Source of the DNA: Candidatus Poribacteria bacterium
GTDB taxonomy: Bacteria > Poribacteria > WGA-4E > WGA-3G
NCBI GenBank assembly: GCA_965242965.1
Contig: OZ251518.1
Coordinates: 5,152,001 to 5,216,000 of the forward strand
Reading direction: 5' to 3'
DNA: 64,000 bases
The notes under the pieces were generated by a model. The model was not told the DNA's origin. It did not search any database and was given only the letters and a program-made list of their open reading frames with translations. This document shows, in pieces, positions 21,089-30,885 of the stretch. The number at the start of each line of letters is the position of its first letter. Positions within the stretch are counted from its first letter, which is position 1. A program made the translations under genes and the position numbers.

Positions 21089-21886
21089 ATGAACCACACC
21101 GATTTAGAGCAGCTCGTCCCTGCAGGCATGGTGCTCATTCCCGCGGGGCAATTCCAGATGGGCAGCGATGACGATGAGGCGCACGAGAACGAACGGCCGG
21201 TGCATACTGTCCACTTGGATGCGTTCTTCATGGACGTATACGAAGTCACGAACGCGCAGTTCAAAGTATTTGTTGACGCAAATCCACAGTGGCAAAAAGA
21301 CAAGATTGATGCCCGGTTCCACTGGGGCTATTATCTCAACGATTGGGATGACAATAACTATCCCTCTGGGAAAGCCAACCATCCGGTAACTTTTGTGAGT
21401 TGGTATGCGGCGATGGCGTATGCGGCATGGGTTGGAAAACGGCTGCCAACGGAGGCGGAGTGGGAATATGCGGCACGCGGTGGGCTTGCTGGAAAGAAGT
21501 ATCCCTGGGGCAACACGATTTCGCCTGTCAACGCGAACTACGCGGGACATGTCGGCGATACGTCAGCGGTTGGACAGTATGCGGCGAATGGGTACGGGTT
21601 ATACGACATGGCGGGTAATGTCTGGGAATGGTGTATTGACGAATATGATTGTACTCGTGATTTCTACGCTGAGTCTCGTGACAGTCGGAATCCTATCGCT
21701 GGGGAGTGCATCAGTTGGCTCGTGAATAATTTCACAAGTATCCCGCCGAACAGCATCCGTGTGTTGCGGGGTGGAGGCTGGGGCCTTACCGAGCCCTTCC
21801 TGCGTGTCGCCTATCGCGACGATGCTTCGTCGGCGTTCACGCTCGCGCTCGTCGGTTTTCGTTGCGCGAGGACTGCTACGCCTTGA
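21089..21886 (+). CDS. Formylglycine-generating enzyme (SUMF1/CLec fold) family protein
   Basis: F-MG, EVTNAQF, RLPTEAEWEYAARGG, GLYDMAGNVWEW, RGG-W, GFRC. Confidence 0.93.
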   Translation: MNHTDLEQLVPAGMVLIPAGQFQMGSDDDEAHENERPVHTVHLDAFFMDVYEVTNAQFKVFVDANPQWQKDKIDARFHWGYYLNDWDDNNYPSGKANHPVTFVSWYAAMAYAAWVGKRLPTEAEWEYAARGGLAGKKYPWGNTISPVNANYAGHVGDTSAVGQYAANGYGLYDMAGNVWEWCIDEYDCTRDFYAESRDSRNPIAGECISWLVNNFTSIPPNSIRVLRGGGWGLTEPFLRVAYRDDASSAFTLALVGFRCARTATP

Positions 21887-21934
21887 CACTTAACTCCCTT
21901 GCCTATTCTGATTCGTAAACCGATCAGACCCCTT

Positions 21935-22372
21935 GGTAGGAGAGACCTCCCGGTCTCGATACGAGCGATGTCCCGGTAGGCGAGACCTCCTGGTCTCGAT
22001 GCAATAGGGCGGCGCGCCTCCCGGGGCAGCGGCGGCAGAAGGTCCCCCTTCATCGTAGGGCGAGGGCCTGTCCCTCGCCAGCGTTTTGCTGTCAGTTCCA
22101 TCCCCCCTGTAGGTCAGGATCGCCTGATCCTGACCCGTTTGTGATCAGGCGATCACAAACTACAGAGAGGGGAGAACGAAAAAAACGTCTCTTGTTCTCT
22201 TCAGGTCCGTAGGACCTTAGGCACAGCGAGGGACAGGCCCTCGCCCTACGATGGAAGGTCCTACCAGGAAGGCATCAAGACCGGGAGGTCTCGCCTACCC
22301 ACGAAAAACCTATCATCTTGGAAATCTTGGAAATCTTGGAAATCCTGCTCTAAATCCTGCTAACCCTGACAG
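21935..22372. repeat. Composite REP cluster (C, A, D) plus 9-mer GGAAATCTT array
   Basis: Direct reading of the palindromes. Confidence 0.88.
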
Positions 22373-22418
22373 GTGGGAAAACGACATCCGCCCTAATCTC
22401 GCCTATCGTTGTTCCAAC

Positions 22419-24701
22419 TCATTTTCGGATGAGCATTTTCCGCGTCGCCGAAAAGGCACCCGCGTGAAGAGTGTAAAGGTAAACCCCACTACTCACAGGC
22501 TCCCCCATCTCATTGCGGCCATCCCAATAGACTGCCTGCGCTGGAGAAGAATAATCCCCCGATGGCAGTATTCCCGGAGATAGAACGCGAATAAGCTGTC
22601 CTGTTGCGGCGTAGATGCGTATCGTGATAAGGCTCTCGTTCGCAAGCCGGAACGGAATCCACGTTTCTGGATTGAAGGGATTGGGAAAGTTTTGTAGCAG
22701 TTGATTATGCTTGACTTGCCCCAAGGTTACGATGCGTTTCCCGCGCGGTTCCACGGCGACAGCCCCTGAAGGTAACAGTTCCCTTCCATCCCAAATCTGA
22801 ATTTGCCCTGTGTCACTATAGGACAAGACAACCGTGCCATCTTGACTCACGGCAAAACGCGCTGGAATGGGTGAGTGGAGGACAGGTGTGTTGGTTTGCC
22901 ACTCCCAGATTTGGAGGAAGTTGTCTTGCTCGGCGAAAAGATAGCGTCCATCGGTGCTAAAATGCGCCGGACCGTCTACGTCTAACAACGTTGTTACAAG
23001 TTCCGGGGCATCTTGAGTTAATCTCCAGATTTGGAGATGCTCTCGGACGGGCACGGCGAGCACGGTTGTGCCGTCAACCTTACCAAACGCATACTTTTCC
23101 CACCATCCAACGAAAAGTTCTGGCACGTGCCAGGCATATTGGAATGCGAAGGAGTCTCCTTCGCGTTTCCACAGCAGAACCTTGTCTTCGTCGCCGCCGG
23201 TGGCCACCAAGTATGCGTCATTTTCACTGAACGCAATTCCGTCAAACCAGGTTCCGTGTTTTCCATCAGGGATGGCTCGCTGAATCTTCTCCGGATTTTC
23301 GACATCAAAGAGCAGAATTTCCCTATAACCGCGTGCGGCTACCCACCTTCCGGTCGAACTGAAGGCAATGTCAGAGTGGCCGTGTCCGTAAGGAAACTGC
23401 GTTTCAATGTCGCCGGTCTGAAGATTGTAGAGTTGAATCCACGGATCTCGGCCAACCGCCAACTTTTGTCCATCGGGAGAAATGGCGAACATGCGGAATG
23501 TCCCATCTTCCGCGGAGATAAGTTGCCGCAGCTGCTGTGAAGCAATGTCCCAAACTTTAATGAAATAAGGGGATACGGAGACGAGGGTTCGTCCATCAGG
23601 GCTCATTACCGGCGGGTAAAACCCGCTCTCAAAATCGGCCCACATCCTGAGTTGTCGCCTTGCCTCAATGTCCCAGAGGACAGTAGCATCCCAATAGTCT
23701 AGTAGCGCGGTTTTTCCATTTGGCGATAAGGCGAGAGTTTCCAATCTACGAAATTCTGTCCCGAACGTATCAAGTTGTTGTCCGGATGCAACATCCCAGA
23801 TGCGCACCTGGTCATCCCAACCTTCCCAGGTTTTACCGTCTAAGCAACGGAGCGCGCCTGTCTCAGTTGCAACGTATAAGCGTTGACTGTCAGGACTAAA
23901 GACGGCACCTGAGATGTATCCGATGCCGCTCTCTTCCCACCATAACAGTTCTCGCGTATCCAGCTGCCAGACGTAAACGCAACTTGAATGATGTCCAATT
24001 GTTGCGAGGAACTCGCCGTTTGGACTGATAGTCGCCATCTCTATCCAATTGCCGCGATGGCCCTCAAAATGCCCTTCCAAGCGGCGGGTTTTGACGTTCC
24101 ACAACTCTGGTTCCGGTCTGCCGGAGGCGACGATGAGATAATCCGCGTTTGGTGTGAAAACCAGGGCGTGCTCCCTTCGGAAATACGAGCAGGTCCCGCC
24201 GCCTGCGGTGTAGTCGCACTGTTTCCACGGCCGACGTTCACCTGTCATTGTGCTGAGCCACTCGCCGGTTTGCCAATTCCAGAGATGAATCTTATCATCA
24301 AAACCGATGGCGAACAGCGTTCCCTTCGGGCTGAATGCCCCGGCAATCGAGTAGATAGGAATTTCCCACTCGGATATTTGTTCGCGCAGTGTGACATCCC
24401 AAATAGTGACGCGAGTTGCTTTGGGACCAACGCCAGGGCGCAGAATTGCGAGATGTTCCGCGGTCGGACTCAACACCACTTCCATGATGTCGTTTCCCGC
24501 GCCGAATTCGTCGATAACTGCACCTGTCTCAGGATGGATAATCTGCAGATGTGTCCATCCAACGCGCAGGATGGTTCCATCGGAGAGAAAGGCATGTTTT
24601 TCTGGATGGGGCTCCCCAATCGTGCCGATAAGTTCATCAATAGGAAGGGCAGCACACGGCATCCAGAGAAGGCTAAAAAGCAGGACAAAAAGCGTTTTCA
24701 T
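22419..24701 (-). CDS. Secreted WD40-repeat protein with FlgD/T9SS-like C-terminal domain
   Basis: Signal peptide, repeated FSPDG..LW[DN], C-terminal LLQNFPNPFNPETWIPF..WDGRN..SGVY..TRKMLIRK. Confidence 0.88.
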   Translation of the reverse strand: MKTLFVLLFSLLWMPCAALPIDELIGTIGEPHPEKHAFLSDGTILRVGWTHLQIIHPETGAVIDEFGAGNDIMEVVLSPTAEHLAILRPGVGPKATRVTIWDVTLREQISEWEIPIYSIAGAFSPKGTLFAIGFDDKIHLWNWQTGEWLSTMTGERRPWKQCDYTAGGGTCSYFRREHALVFTPNADYLIVASGRPEPELWNVKTRRLEGHFEGHRGNWIEMATISPNGEFLATIGHHSSCVYVWQLDTRELLWWEESGIGYISGAVFSPDSQRLYVATETGALRCLDGKTWEGWDDQVRIWDVASGQQLDTFGTEFRRLETLALSPNGKTALLDYWDATVLWDIEARRQLRMWADFESGFYPPVMSPDGRTLVSVSPYFIKVWDIASQQLRQLISAEDGTFRMFAISPDGQKLAVGRDPWIQLYNLQTGDIETQFPYGHGHSDIAFSSTGRWVAARGYREILLFDVENPEKIQRAIPDGKHGTWFDGIAFSENDAYLVATGGDEDKVLLWKREGDSFAFQYAWHVPELFVGWWEKYAFGKVDGTTVLAVPVREHLQIWRLTQDAPELVTTLLDVDGPAHFSTDGRYLFAEQDNFLQIWEWQTNTPVLHSPIPARFAVSQDGTVVLSYSDTGQIQIWDGRELLPSGAVAVEPRGKRIVTLGQVKHNQLLQNFPNPFNPETWIPFRLANESLITIRIYAATGQLIRVLSPGILPSGDYSSPAQAVYWDGRNEMGEPVSSGVYLYTLHAGAFSATRKMLIRK

Positions 24702-24856
24702 GAGAAACCTCCAAATCCTGTCCGTTTATTGCTTAATATCTAGCAATTTTCATGCCAACGGAATCGCGTTTAAAGGGAGGTTTCAACCGATTTTTCTGGC
24801 AAAAGGCGTAAAATCTGTTCAGTTTCTGAACAAGGATTAGACACTATGCAACCGCT

Positions 24857-25663
24857 CTACTGCAACGCGGCGATTTTATCACGCAAGAACCCCGTGCAAA
24901 AAGGCACCTGCGCCTCCGAAAGCCCGTGCAGTATAACCGGGCCTTCATAACCTGTCCGCTTGAGCAATCCGAGATACTGCTCGTAGTCCAGCAAGCCGGT
25001 GCCTGCGGCGAGGTGTCCCGCCTGGCCGTCTCTATCCAAGTCTTTCGCGTGTGCAAGCACGATGTCTTCGCCGAGTAGTTCAAACGCTTCGTCAAGAATC
25101 TCGCGCATTCGCGGCAATTCGCCTTTGTGGAAGATGTTCGCGCCGTCCATCACCACTTTCAGAAGCGGCGACTGCATTTCATCGATGAGGCGGCGCGCCT
25201 TCTTGGCAGAATCGACGACGTTCGCTACTTCCGGCTCAATTGCAAGCGTGACGTTGTATGCCGCTGCCACCTCTAACGCCTGCGTCATTGAGTCAACCAA
25301 GTCGTTCCATGCCGCTGCCGTATTATTATCGGGATGGGCGCGCCACATGCTGTCCGCATCGCGGCTGCCGGTGCAGAGTGTAATCACCGAAGTGCCGAGC
25401 GGTTCGCACGCCGCCGCGACAGAACGCAACATGTTCAAGCCATCGTGACGTTTCTGAACATCCGGATGAATCATGTTGTAGGTGCCTGATAACGCCGAGA
25501 CAGTTATCTGTCGAGCATCCAACGTCTGACGAATCTCTGCCAGCGGCGGTGCTGATGCAGCGACGTGATATTGTAAATGGTGGACACCGTGTTTGACGAT
25601 AGCATCCAGCGTTTCGCCGAGTGTTTCCCGGCGGATGGTGCCTTCCATCAATCCGATTTGCAT
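24857..25663 (-). CDS. Sugar phosphate isomerase/epimerase (AP_endonuc_2 TIM barrel)
   Basis: LAIEPE, VMDGAN, LAHAKD, G-G-LDY. Confidence 0.88.
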   Translation of the reverse strand: MQIGLMEGTIRRETLGETLDAIVKHGVHHLQYHVAASAPPLAEIRQTLDARQITVSALSGTYNMIHPDVQKRHDGLNMLRSVAAACEPLGTSVITLCTGSRDADSMWRAHPDNNTAAAWNDLVDSMTQALEVAAAYNVTLAIEPEVANVVDSAKKARRLIDEMQSPLLKVVMDGANIFHKGELPRMREILDEAFELLGEDIVLAHAKDLDRDGQAGHLAAGTGLLDYEQYLGLLKRTGYEGPVILHGLSEAQVPFCTGFLRDKIAALQ

Positions 25664-25666
25664 GGG

Positions 25667-26866
25667 TTATTCTCTCCTTCTTTCTTTGAGCTCCGGTTTG
25701 AGACGCATGGCTTTCTCCAGCTCTGCGATGGCCTCTTCATGTTTGCCGAGTTTTGCCTTCGTCACGCCGCGATTACGATATGCCTCAGCAAAATTCGGAT
25801 TGAGCCGCAACGCCTCGTCGTAGTTTGCCAGGGCCTCTTCGGGTTGCTGCAGGCGATTCCAGAGATTGCCTCGGTTGTTGTAGACATTGGCGAGGTTGAG
25901 AAGCGCAACCTTCGACGCACACCGCAGCCGAAGTGCCTCATCGTAAGCAGCAAGAGCCCTTTTCGTTTTGCCGCCCTCCGATAGCAAAAAGCCAAGCGAG
26001 AAAAAGGCGTGCGAGGCAACGGCGTTGATGTGCAATGCCTCTGTTTTCGGCATATCGGTTGGGCTATCTTCCGCTGGTTCTGCCAACCCCGCACCGAATG
26101 CAGGGACGAACTTTTCCTCAAAGTCTTCAATGAGCCGAAAAGTCCATTCCATTACTGAGGCTAACGGATGCTCTCCATCTACTGTATAAGCAAGTTCGAC
26201 GTGCAACGCATGCGCCCACTGATAGTCGTCTTCTGCTAACGCGAGGGGGTTGCCTTGAGAATCTTGCTTGCACTCCGAAATTGTTCCATCACGCCGATGC
26301 ACGAAATCCGTTAATCTCTCAAGCACCTCACTCAGCCAATCATAGTCATCTTCCGAGTAGGGCGGCGTTCCAAGCGTTTCCAATTGAACCGTTTGGACTG
26401 GGGCGGCACCGTCCTGCAATTGCGTCCTGCTCGGCACTATATCAACGAGTAAGGCATTGTCCTCCAATTTTGCAAGGTAGGCGGGTAAGTTATAGCCTTG
26501 CCCAACTATTAACGCCGCATCGGAGGCGGGTTGTGTGCCGGTTAACATTGTCTGAGGGTGTTTCATAACTCCGTTTCGGTATTTATCCCCCCTTGGGGGC
26601 GGGCGAATACCGAGCCCTCTGGCTAAGAAAGACCGGGAGGGCTCTCCTACCGGAAGGTATCGGGCCCACCTCTGTAGTTCGGGATCGCCTGATCCCGAAC
26701 AGTTCAGGATCAGGCGATCCTGAACTATAGGGGGATGCGGTCTGCCAGCAAAACGATGGCGAGGGACAGGCCCTCGCCCTACGTGAAGGGAAGGCGTTTT
26801 TTCACCGTAGCGCGGTGGCCTGTCCCCGCGACGTTGAGCGATATATGAAACACCCTCAGTTAACAT
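25667..26866 (-). CDS. TPR-repeat protein; native start 26548, extended 106 codons by an in-frame MITE
   Basis: C-terminal TPR units (YNNRG..EEALANYDEALRLNP..AYRNRG); MLT start duplicated at 26866 and 26548. Confidence 0.8.
   Translation of the reverse strand: MLTEGVSYIAQRRGDRPPRYGEKTPSLHVGRGPVPRHRFAGRPHPPIVQDRLILNCSGSGDPELQRWARYLPVGEPSRSFLARGLGIRPPPRGDKYRNGVMKHPQTMLTGTQPASDAALIVGQGYNLPAYLAKLEDNALLVDIVPSRTQLQDGAAPVQTVQLETLGTPPYSEDDYDWLSEVLERLTDFVHRRDGTISECKQDSQGNPLALAEDDYQWAHALHVELAYTVDGEHPLASVMEWTFRLIEDFEEKFVPAFGAGLAEPAEDSPTDMPKTEALHINAVASHAFFSLGFLLSEGGKTKRALAAYDEALRLRCASKVALLNLANVYNNRGNLWNRLQQPEEALANYDEALRLNPNFAEAYRNRGVTKAKLGKHEEAIAELEKAMRLKPELKERRRE
26553..26858. mobile_element. MITE-like element (306 bp) with 15-bp TIR and 12-bp target duplication
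   Basis: TGAGGGTGTTTCATA ... TATGAAACACCCTCA flanked by GTTAACATTGTC at 26541-26552 and 26859-26870. Confidence 0.92.
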
Positions 26867-26930
26867 TGTCTACTCCTCACGCATTCCACATTTCTATGCC
26901 CACCGAACAGGCGAATTCAAGGCGGTTAAT

Positions 26931-26960
26931 GGGGGCGGCCATAGATAGCCGTCCCCAAAT
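26931..26960 (-). terminator. Probable terminator hairpin
   Basis: GGGGCGGC/GCCGTCCCC stem just downstream of the stop at 26979. Confidence 0.5.
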
Positions 26961-26978
26961 TGCGCTGACAGATTGCAG

Positions 26979-28406
26979 TTAGTTCTCTTCTTCTGCACGC
27001 TCGGCAGAGTTACCACCGAAGAGCCGTTCAATCAATTCCGCTGTCTCCGCATCGTCTGACTTGAGTTTGCGAAGGCCTTTCTCCTCACCATGGCGGTTCA
27101 AGGTTTCCATCGCACGCTGGAGACGTTCAGGTTCCAGTTCAAACTGCTCTCGGAGTTTCGCCTCAATGCTTTCGTTTGTCGGAAGTTCTGGCATCTGCGG
27201 CGTTAGCAGCTTCTCAAGTTCCGCCGCTATCTCCGCATCGCTCAGCGTCGTCCACTCGCGGGACTGTTCTTGCATCCGTTCAAATTTCTCTTGCGCAGCA
27301 CGGGCGGCTTCCTGAACCCGGTCTGGTGCTTCATCAACGGACTCGGATGCGGGTTGCCTTGAGAGCTCCAAGAGTGCCGGCACCTCTAGCGCAGCATCGT
27401 TGGATGGAACAGGTTCTGCAGTTGGCGTTGGCACGGGTTCAATCCCCAACTGTTCACGCACCGCCCCACGCGAGGGAAGGGAAGCGTCACTGAGGACATT
27501 GCCTTTCTCATCAACGTAGACAACTTCCCATCCATCCGGCACTATACCTCTGTAAAGCAGGTCAAACCGCTGTTTTTCAGAGAGTTGCGGGCCCACAATT
27601 TCCGTTATCTTCCCACTCTCATCCCTCGTTACTGAACTTGACATTGACGCGATAGATGCACCTGTTTCCGAACGCTGAACATACATTCTTCCTGCAGCAG
27701 ATGGATGAACATTTTCACCTATCGTCACCCAACTTTTCACGTCAGGGTTGGCGCGTTTTGCTTCTCGGATGCGTTGGCGCCGCTGAATTAGACTATCAAC
27801 TAACGCCGTTTGCGTTGTTCCCGGTTCATCGCCCGCGGCGCGCTGTTCCTCCCGAAACAGTTTCGAGCGCATGTTCAGGTATGCCTCGTAATCGCCAAAA
27901 TTGTCAATGGTAACCCCTTTGTCAAGGAGCATCTGAATCCACTCGGCGCGGGGATATTCCGCTTCAATGTCAGCCTGCGTCCAATTGACTTTTTGAAGTT
28001 CACCGTCACGGTTTTCTATAGAGAAACTCCCTCTCTGGGTTTCGTTCCTCATATCGTATTGGATATCAAACGCATCCATGAGTGCCGCAACGGTTTGCTG
28101 TCCGTCATACTTCTTCGCCTTGAAAAAGGAGAGCAGTGAACTCTTCTCGCGTTGAACGTCGGCGCGCTTTTCAAATTTCGCGCGCTGTTTGCTCCGGATG
28201 TCGGCTATCTGCGCGCCTGTCAGAGGTGCCGCGTCTGGGTTCTCTGTCTTGAATGTTTCAAGCATCCGCGTGACAGCAGCTTCCGTTTGCACCTCGGTCC
28301 AGTTATCCCACCACGCCTTGGAATTTTGCTCGGCGCGCCACACGAGGAAGGCGGCTCCCAAAACGAGCAAAAGTAACACGGCGATGGCAATGTGTCTGCC
28401 TTTCAT
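26979..28406 (-). CDS. Hypothetical membrane-anchored protein
   Basis: AAGGAGG RBS, N-terminal hydrophobic helix, acidic helical C-terminus; family not recognised. Confidence 0.75.
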   Translation of the reverse strand: MKGRHIAIAVLLLLVLGAAFLVWRAEQNSKAWWDNWTEVQTEAAVTRMLETFKTENPDAAPLTGAQIADIRSKQRAKFEKRADVQREKSSLLSFFKAKKYDGQQTVAALMDAFDIQYDMRNETQRGSFSIENRDGELQKVNWTQADIEAEYPRAEWIQMLLDKGVTIDNFGDYEAYLNMRSKLFREEQRAAGDEPGTTQTALVDSLIQRRQRIREAKRANPDVKSWVTIGENVHPSAAGRMYVQRSETGASIASMSSSVTRDESGKITEIVGPQLSEKQRFDLLYRGIVPDGWEVVYVDEKGNVLSDASLPSRGAVREQLGIEPVPTPTAEPVPSNDAALEVPALLELSRQPASESVDEAPDRVQEAARAAQEKFERMQEQSREWTTLSDAEIAAELEKLLTPQMPELPTNESIEAKLREQFELEPERLQRAMETLNRHGEEKGLRKLKSDDAETAELIERLFGGNSAERAEEEN

Positions 28407-28538
28407 GGTAGTTTCCTCCTTCATAGTTGAGAAAAAAGCGTGTGCCTTATGAACCTGCACTTGGGTAGAGTCAATTGAACCGAAAAAGGATAGTAAAAAC
28501 TGACAAAAAAGCGTATCGCTTTATGTAACGTTCACTAT

Positions 28539-29723
28539 TTAGGATACCTCTCGCTTTTGAATTAAGAAAAGGAATTCGCGGTTTGGACGTTCCGATGCGC
28601 TTACCCATTCATGTGTCCACTTCATGCTGGCCATGACGTTTTTCTTATAATTGCGGGCAACGACATCAAGCAGTTTACCATGCTTTTGAATCACTTCATT
28701 GAGTTCTTTGGCGGTTGCCCGGCCGCCAGAACTATATGATAGAAGTATCCATCGCGCTTGCGTTACCTGAATCAGTTTGTCAATTGCATCAACGGCGATG
28801 AAGCGGCCCTCCCGGTTGCGTCGAAATTCTTCAAAAACAGAGGCAGAAACCGTATCTGATGTATCCTTACGTCGCCTTGCCTTCCCAAAAAGTGGCGGCC
28901 GGTCAAAGAGAACAACGCTTTGCCAGAGGTGGTAATATGCGGCGTATCTAACCCGGGAGGCGGGCATTTTATCATTGCTTGATCCGTACGGCGGATCAAA
29001 ATATGCGATGTCTACGGTGACACGCGGTGCTAACTCAAAAATGTCGCTCCGGAAAACTTGATGTTTTCCAGTTGCACAAGTCAGTCTCCGGTTGCCGAGA
29101 AGGTGTGAATCTGCCCTAACGAGATTCGGCACCTTCATTACAAATTCTCGATAGGAGCGAGGTGCCCATTCTCTGAGATAAGCAGAAAAGTGACCAAGGC
29201 TATTGTCAACCTTGTCTAATGCCAAAATTAGACTTGTTAACGCTACCGCTTTATCTACTGCATTGAGGTTGAGCCTTTCAATTTCCTGCCGGACTGCATC
29301 CAATTTGCGCGTGTTATGCAACTGCCATGGTCTCTTAAGCCCATCTTCTTGCATTGCGCATCCGCCGTTAGGATGCCCACCATAATGCTCAGTGAACCAG
29401 CCATCAACAGGCGGAATGGCGTTGAGATGCTCAATGAGCGGTTGATATGCCTCTTGCCGGTTTTCGGAGAGAAGATAGCATCTCCCAAAAATTTCCGACC
29501 ACGGTGCAATGTCATTGCAGAGGAATGTATAGCCCGACTTGGCGAGTGCCTGTGCGACTCGCGTCGTCCCTGAAAAGCCGTCTAAAACGGTTTTCGCCTT
29601 GACTTTCGCGGCTAGATGCAATATGTCAGGGATAAGTTTCAACTTCGATCCGACGTATTTTATGCCTTCTGTGGCAGGGGCATCAAGCCGGAAGTCATCA
29701 AAGAGTGGAAGCGTTTGAGTCAC
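28539..29723 (-). CDS. DNA adenine methyltransferase (D12 class), R-M modification gene
   Basis: KYVGSK, LDGFSGT, YFDPPY; start overlaps stop of upstream nuclease gene. Confidence 0.9.
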   Translation of the reverse strand: MTQTLPLFDDFRLDAPATEGIKYVGSKLKLIPDILHLAAKVKAKTVLDGFSGTTRVAQALAKSGYTFLCNDIAPWSEIFGRCYLLSENRQEAYQPLIEHLNAIPPVDGWFTEHYGGHPNGGCAMQEDGLKRPWQLHNTRKLDAVRQEIERLNLNAVDKAVALTSLILALDKVDNSLGHFSAYLREWAPRSYREFVMKVPNLVRADSHLLGNRRLTCATGKHQVFRSDIFELAPRVTVDIAYFDPPYGSSNDKMPASRVRYAAYYHLWQSVVLFDRPPLFGKARRRKDTSDTVSASVFEEFRRNREGRFIAVDAIDKLIQVTQARWILLSYSSGGRATAKELNEVIQKHGKLLDVVARNYKKNVMASMKWTHEWVSASERPNREFLFLIQKREVS

Positions 29724-30119
29724 GGTTTTATGCTCCTTCTCTGCTTCAGCGCAGCAATGTCTGCGACAATTGCCTCAACGGCTGACGTGTGTCCTGACTC
29801 TGAGCATACCAAAGCGTGAGAAAACAGTTTGACAAGCTGCCGGTTATGCGAATAGTGAATCCATCCACCGGTAAGGCTCTCGAAGTATTTCTGTCCTTTT
29901 GTTGTATGAGTCCACAGCCCACGTTGAAGAGCGTTTGCACTAGCACCGCCGTAGCGCACTTCGCAGACGTAGTCTTCCGAGTTGTCGTAAAAACGGTAGA
30001 CAGGATGCTTCCTACCCCGGCCCCTGTCTTCTCTGGTGATGCGGGCAGTTTCGCGCACTGCACGCTCCCAGTCAAACACAAGAATGTTGCAACGTTGATT
30101 CCTCTCATCGTAGATGAAG

Positions 30120-30182
30120 GGAAAGCCGGCCGACTCGGAAAGCCGGCCGACTCGGAAAGCCGGCCAGCAAAGCCGGCCGACT
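30120..30182. repeat. 17-bp tandem repeat at element end
   Basis: GGAAAGCCGGCCGACTC x2, then GGAAAGCCGGCC and AGCAAAGCCGGCCGACT. Confidence 0.9.
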
Positions 30183-30199
30183 ACGACCTGAACGGAAAA

Positions 30200-30526
30200 C
30201 TAACCACGACCACCACGCAAGACAACACCATAACCAAGTGGCATCTTTTCATAATAAACCTTGTCTACCAAACGCGAATTCGCCCACGCTAGCTCCTTGT
30301 CTAAATCCACACGCGCTATCTCGTCGCGCAAAGCCGCGCGCTCTTCATGAGAATTAGGACCCCCGGAAAATGCGATGCCAGACGCTTTAAGACGCGCAGA
30401 CAACTCATGAGAACGCCCAGAAAGCTCACACGCGCGATGTAGATACGCGGTCCTAAGCTCTTCCAACTGGGAAAAGGAAAGAGACCGCAAAGACGGCAAA
30501 CTCAAAACCGTCGGCAAAATTGACAT
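30200..30526 (-). CDS. Hypothetical 108-aa helical protein
   Basis: AGGAGG RBS before ATG 30526; own promoter TTGCAA-17-TATACT at about 30635-30663. Confidence 0.7.
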   Translation of the reverse strand: MSILPTVLSLPSLRSLSFSQLEELRTAYLHRACELSGRSHELSARLKASGIAFSGGPNSHEERAALRDEIARVDLDKELAWANSRLVDKVYYEKMPLGYGVVLRGGRG

Positions 30527-30885
30527 TTCGGACCTCCTACAAATACTGGTGGCCAGCAAAGCCGGCCACCGATGGCCATATTCACCTTCTACCTGTTTTT
30601 GCAACACCGGCCCGATGCCGATGATTGCAGAAATAGTATAGCATATCCGCAGACTAATTGCAAGATGGCGAACGCGCGCGCCAGCCGCCTGCATTGCAAT
30701 TTGCAATGCCAACCACGCGCGCCGCGGACAAACGTGTAAATAGAATTTTCGATGACACCGTTTACACAATCAAACAGGACAATTGTGTAAACAGAAATCC
30801 GAACAGCAAACGGTTTACACAAAAAACGCGGACAAGGAAAAAAATTTAAACGCGCGACCGCGATAAATGTGTAAAAGTTATCTGT

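Noticed and set aside
21089-22400. Complete diversity-generating retroelement
   Set aside because: No reverse transcriptase, Avd or template repeat in the window; kept only as a possible remote target.
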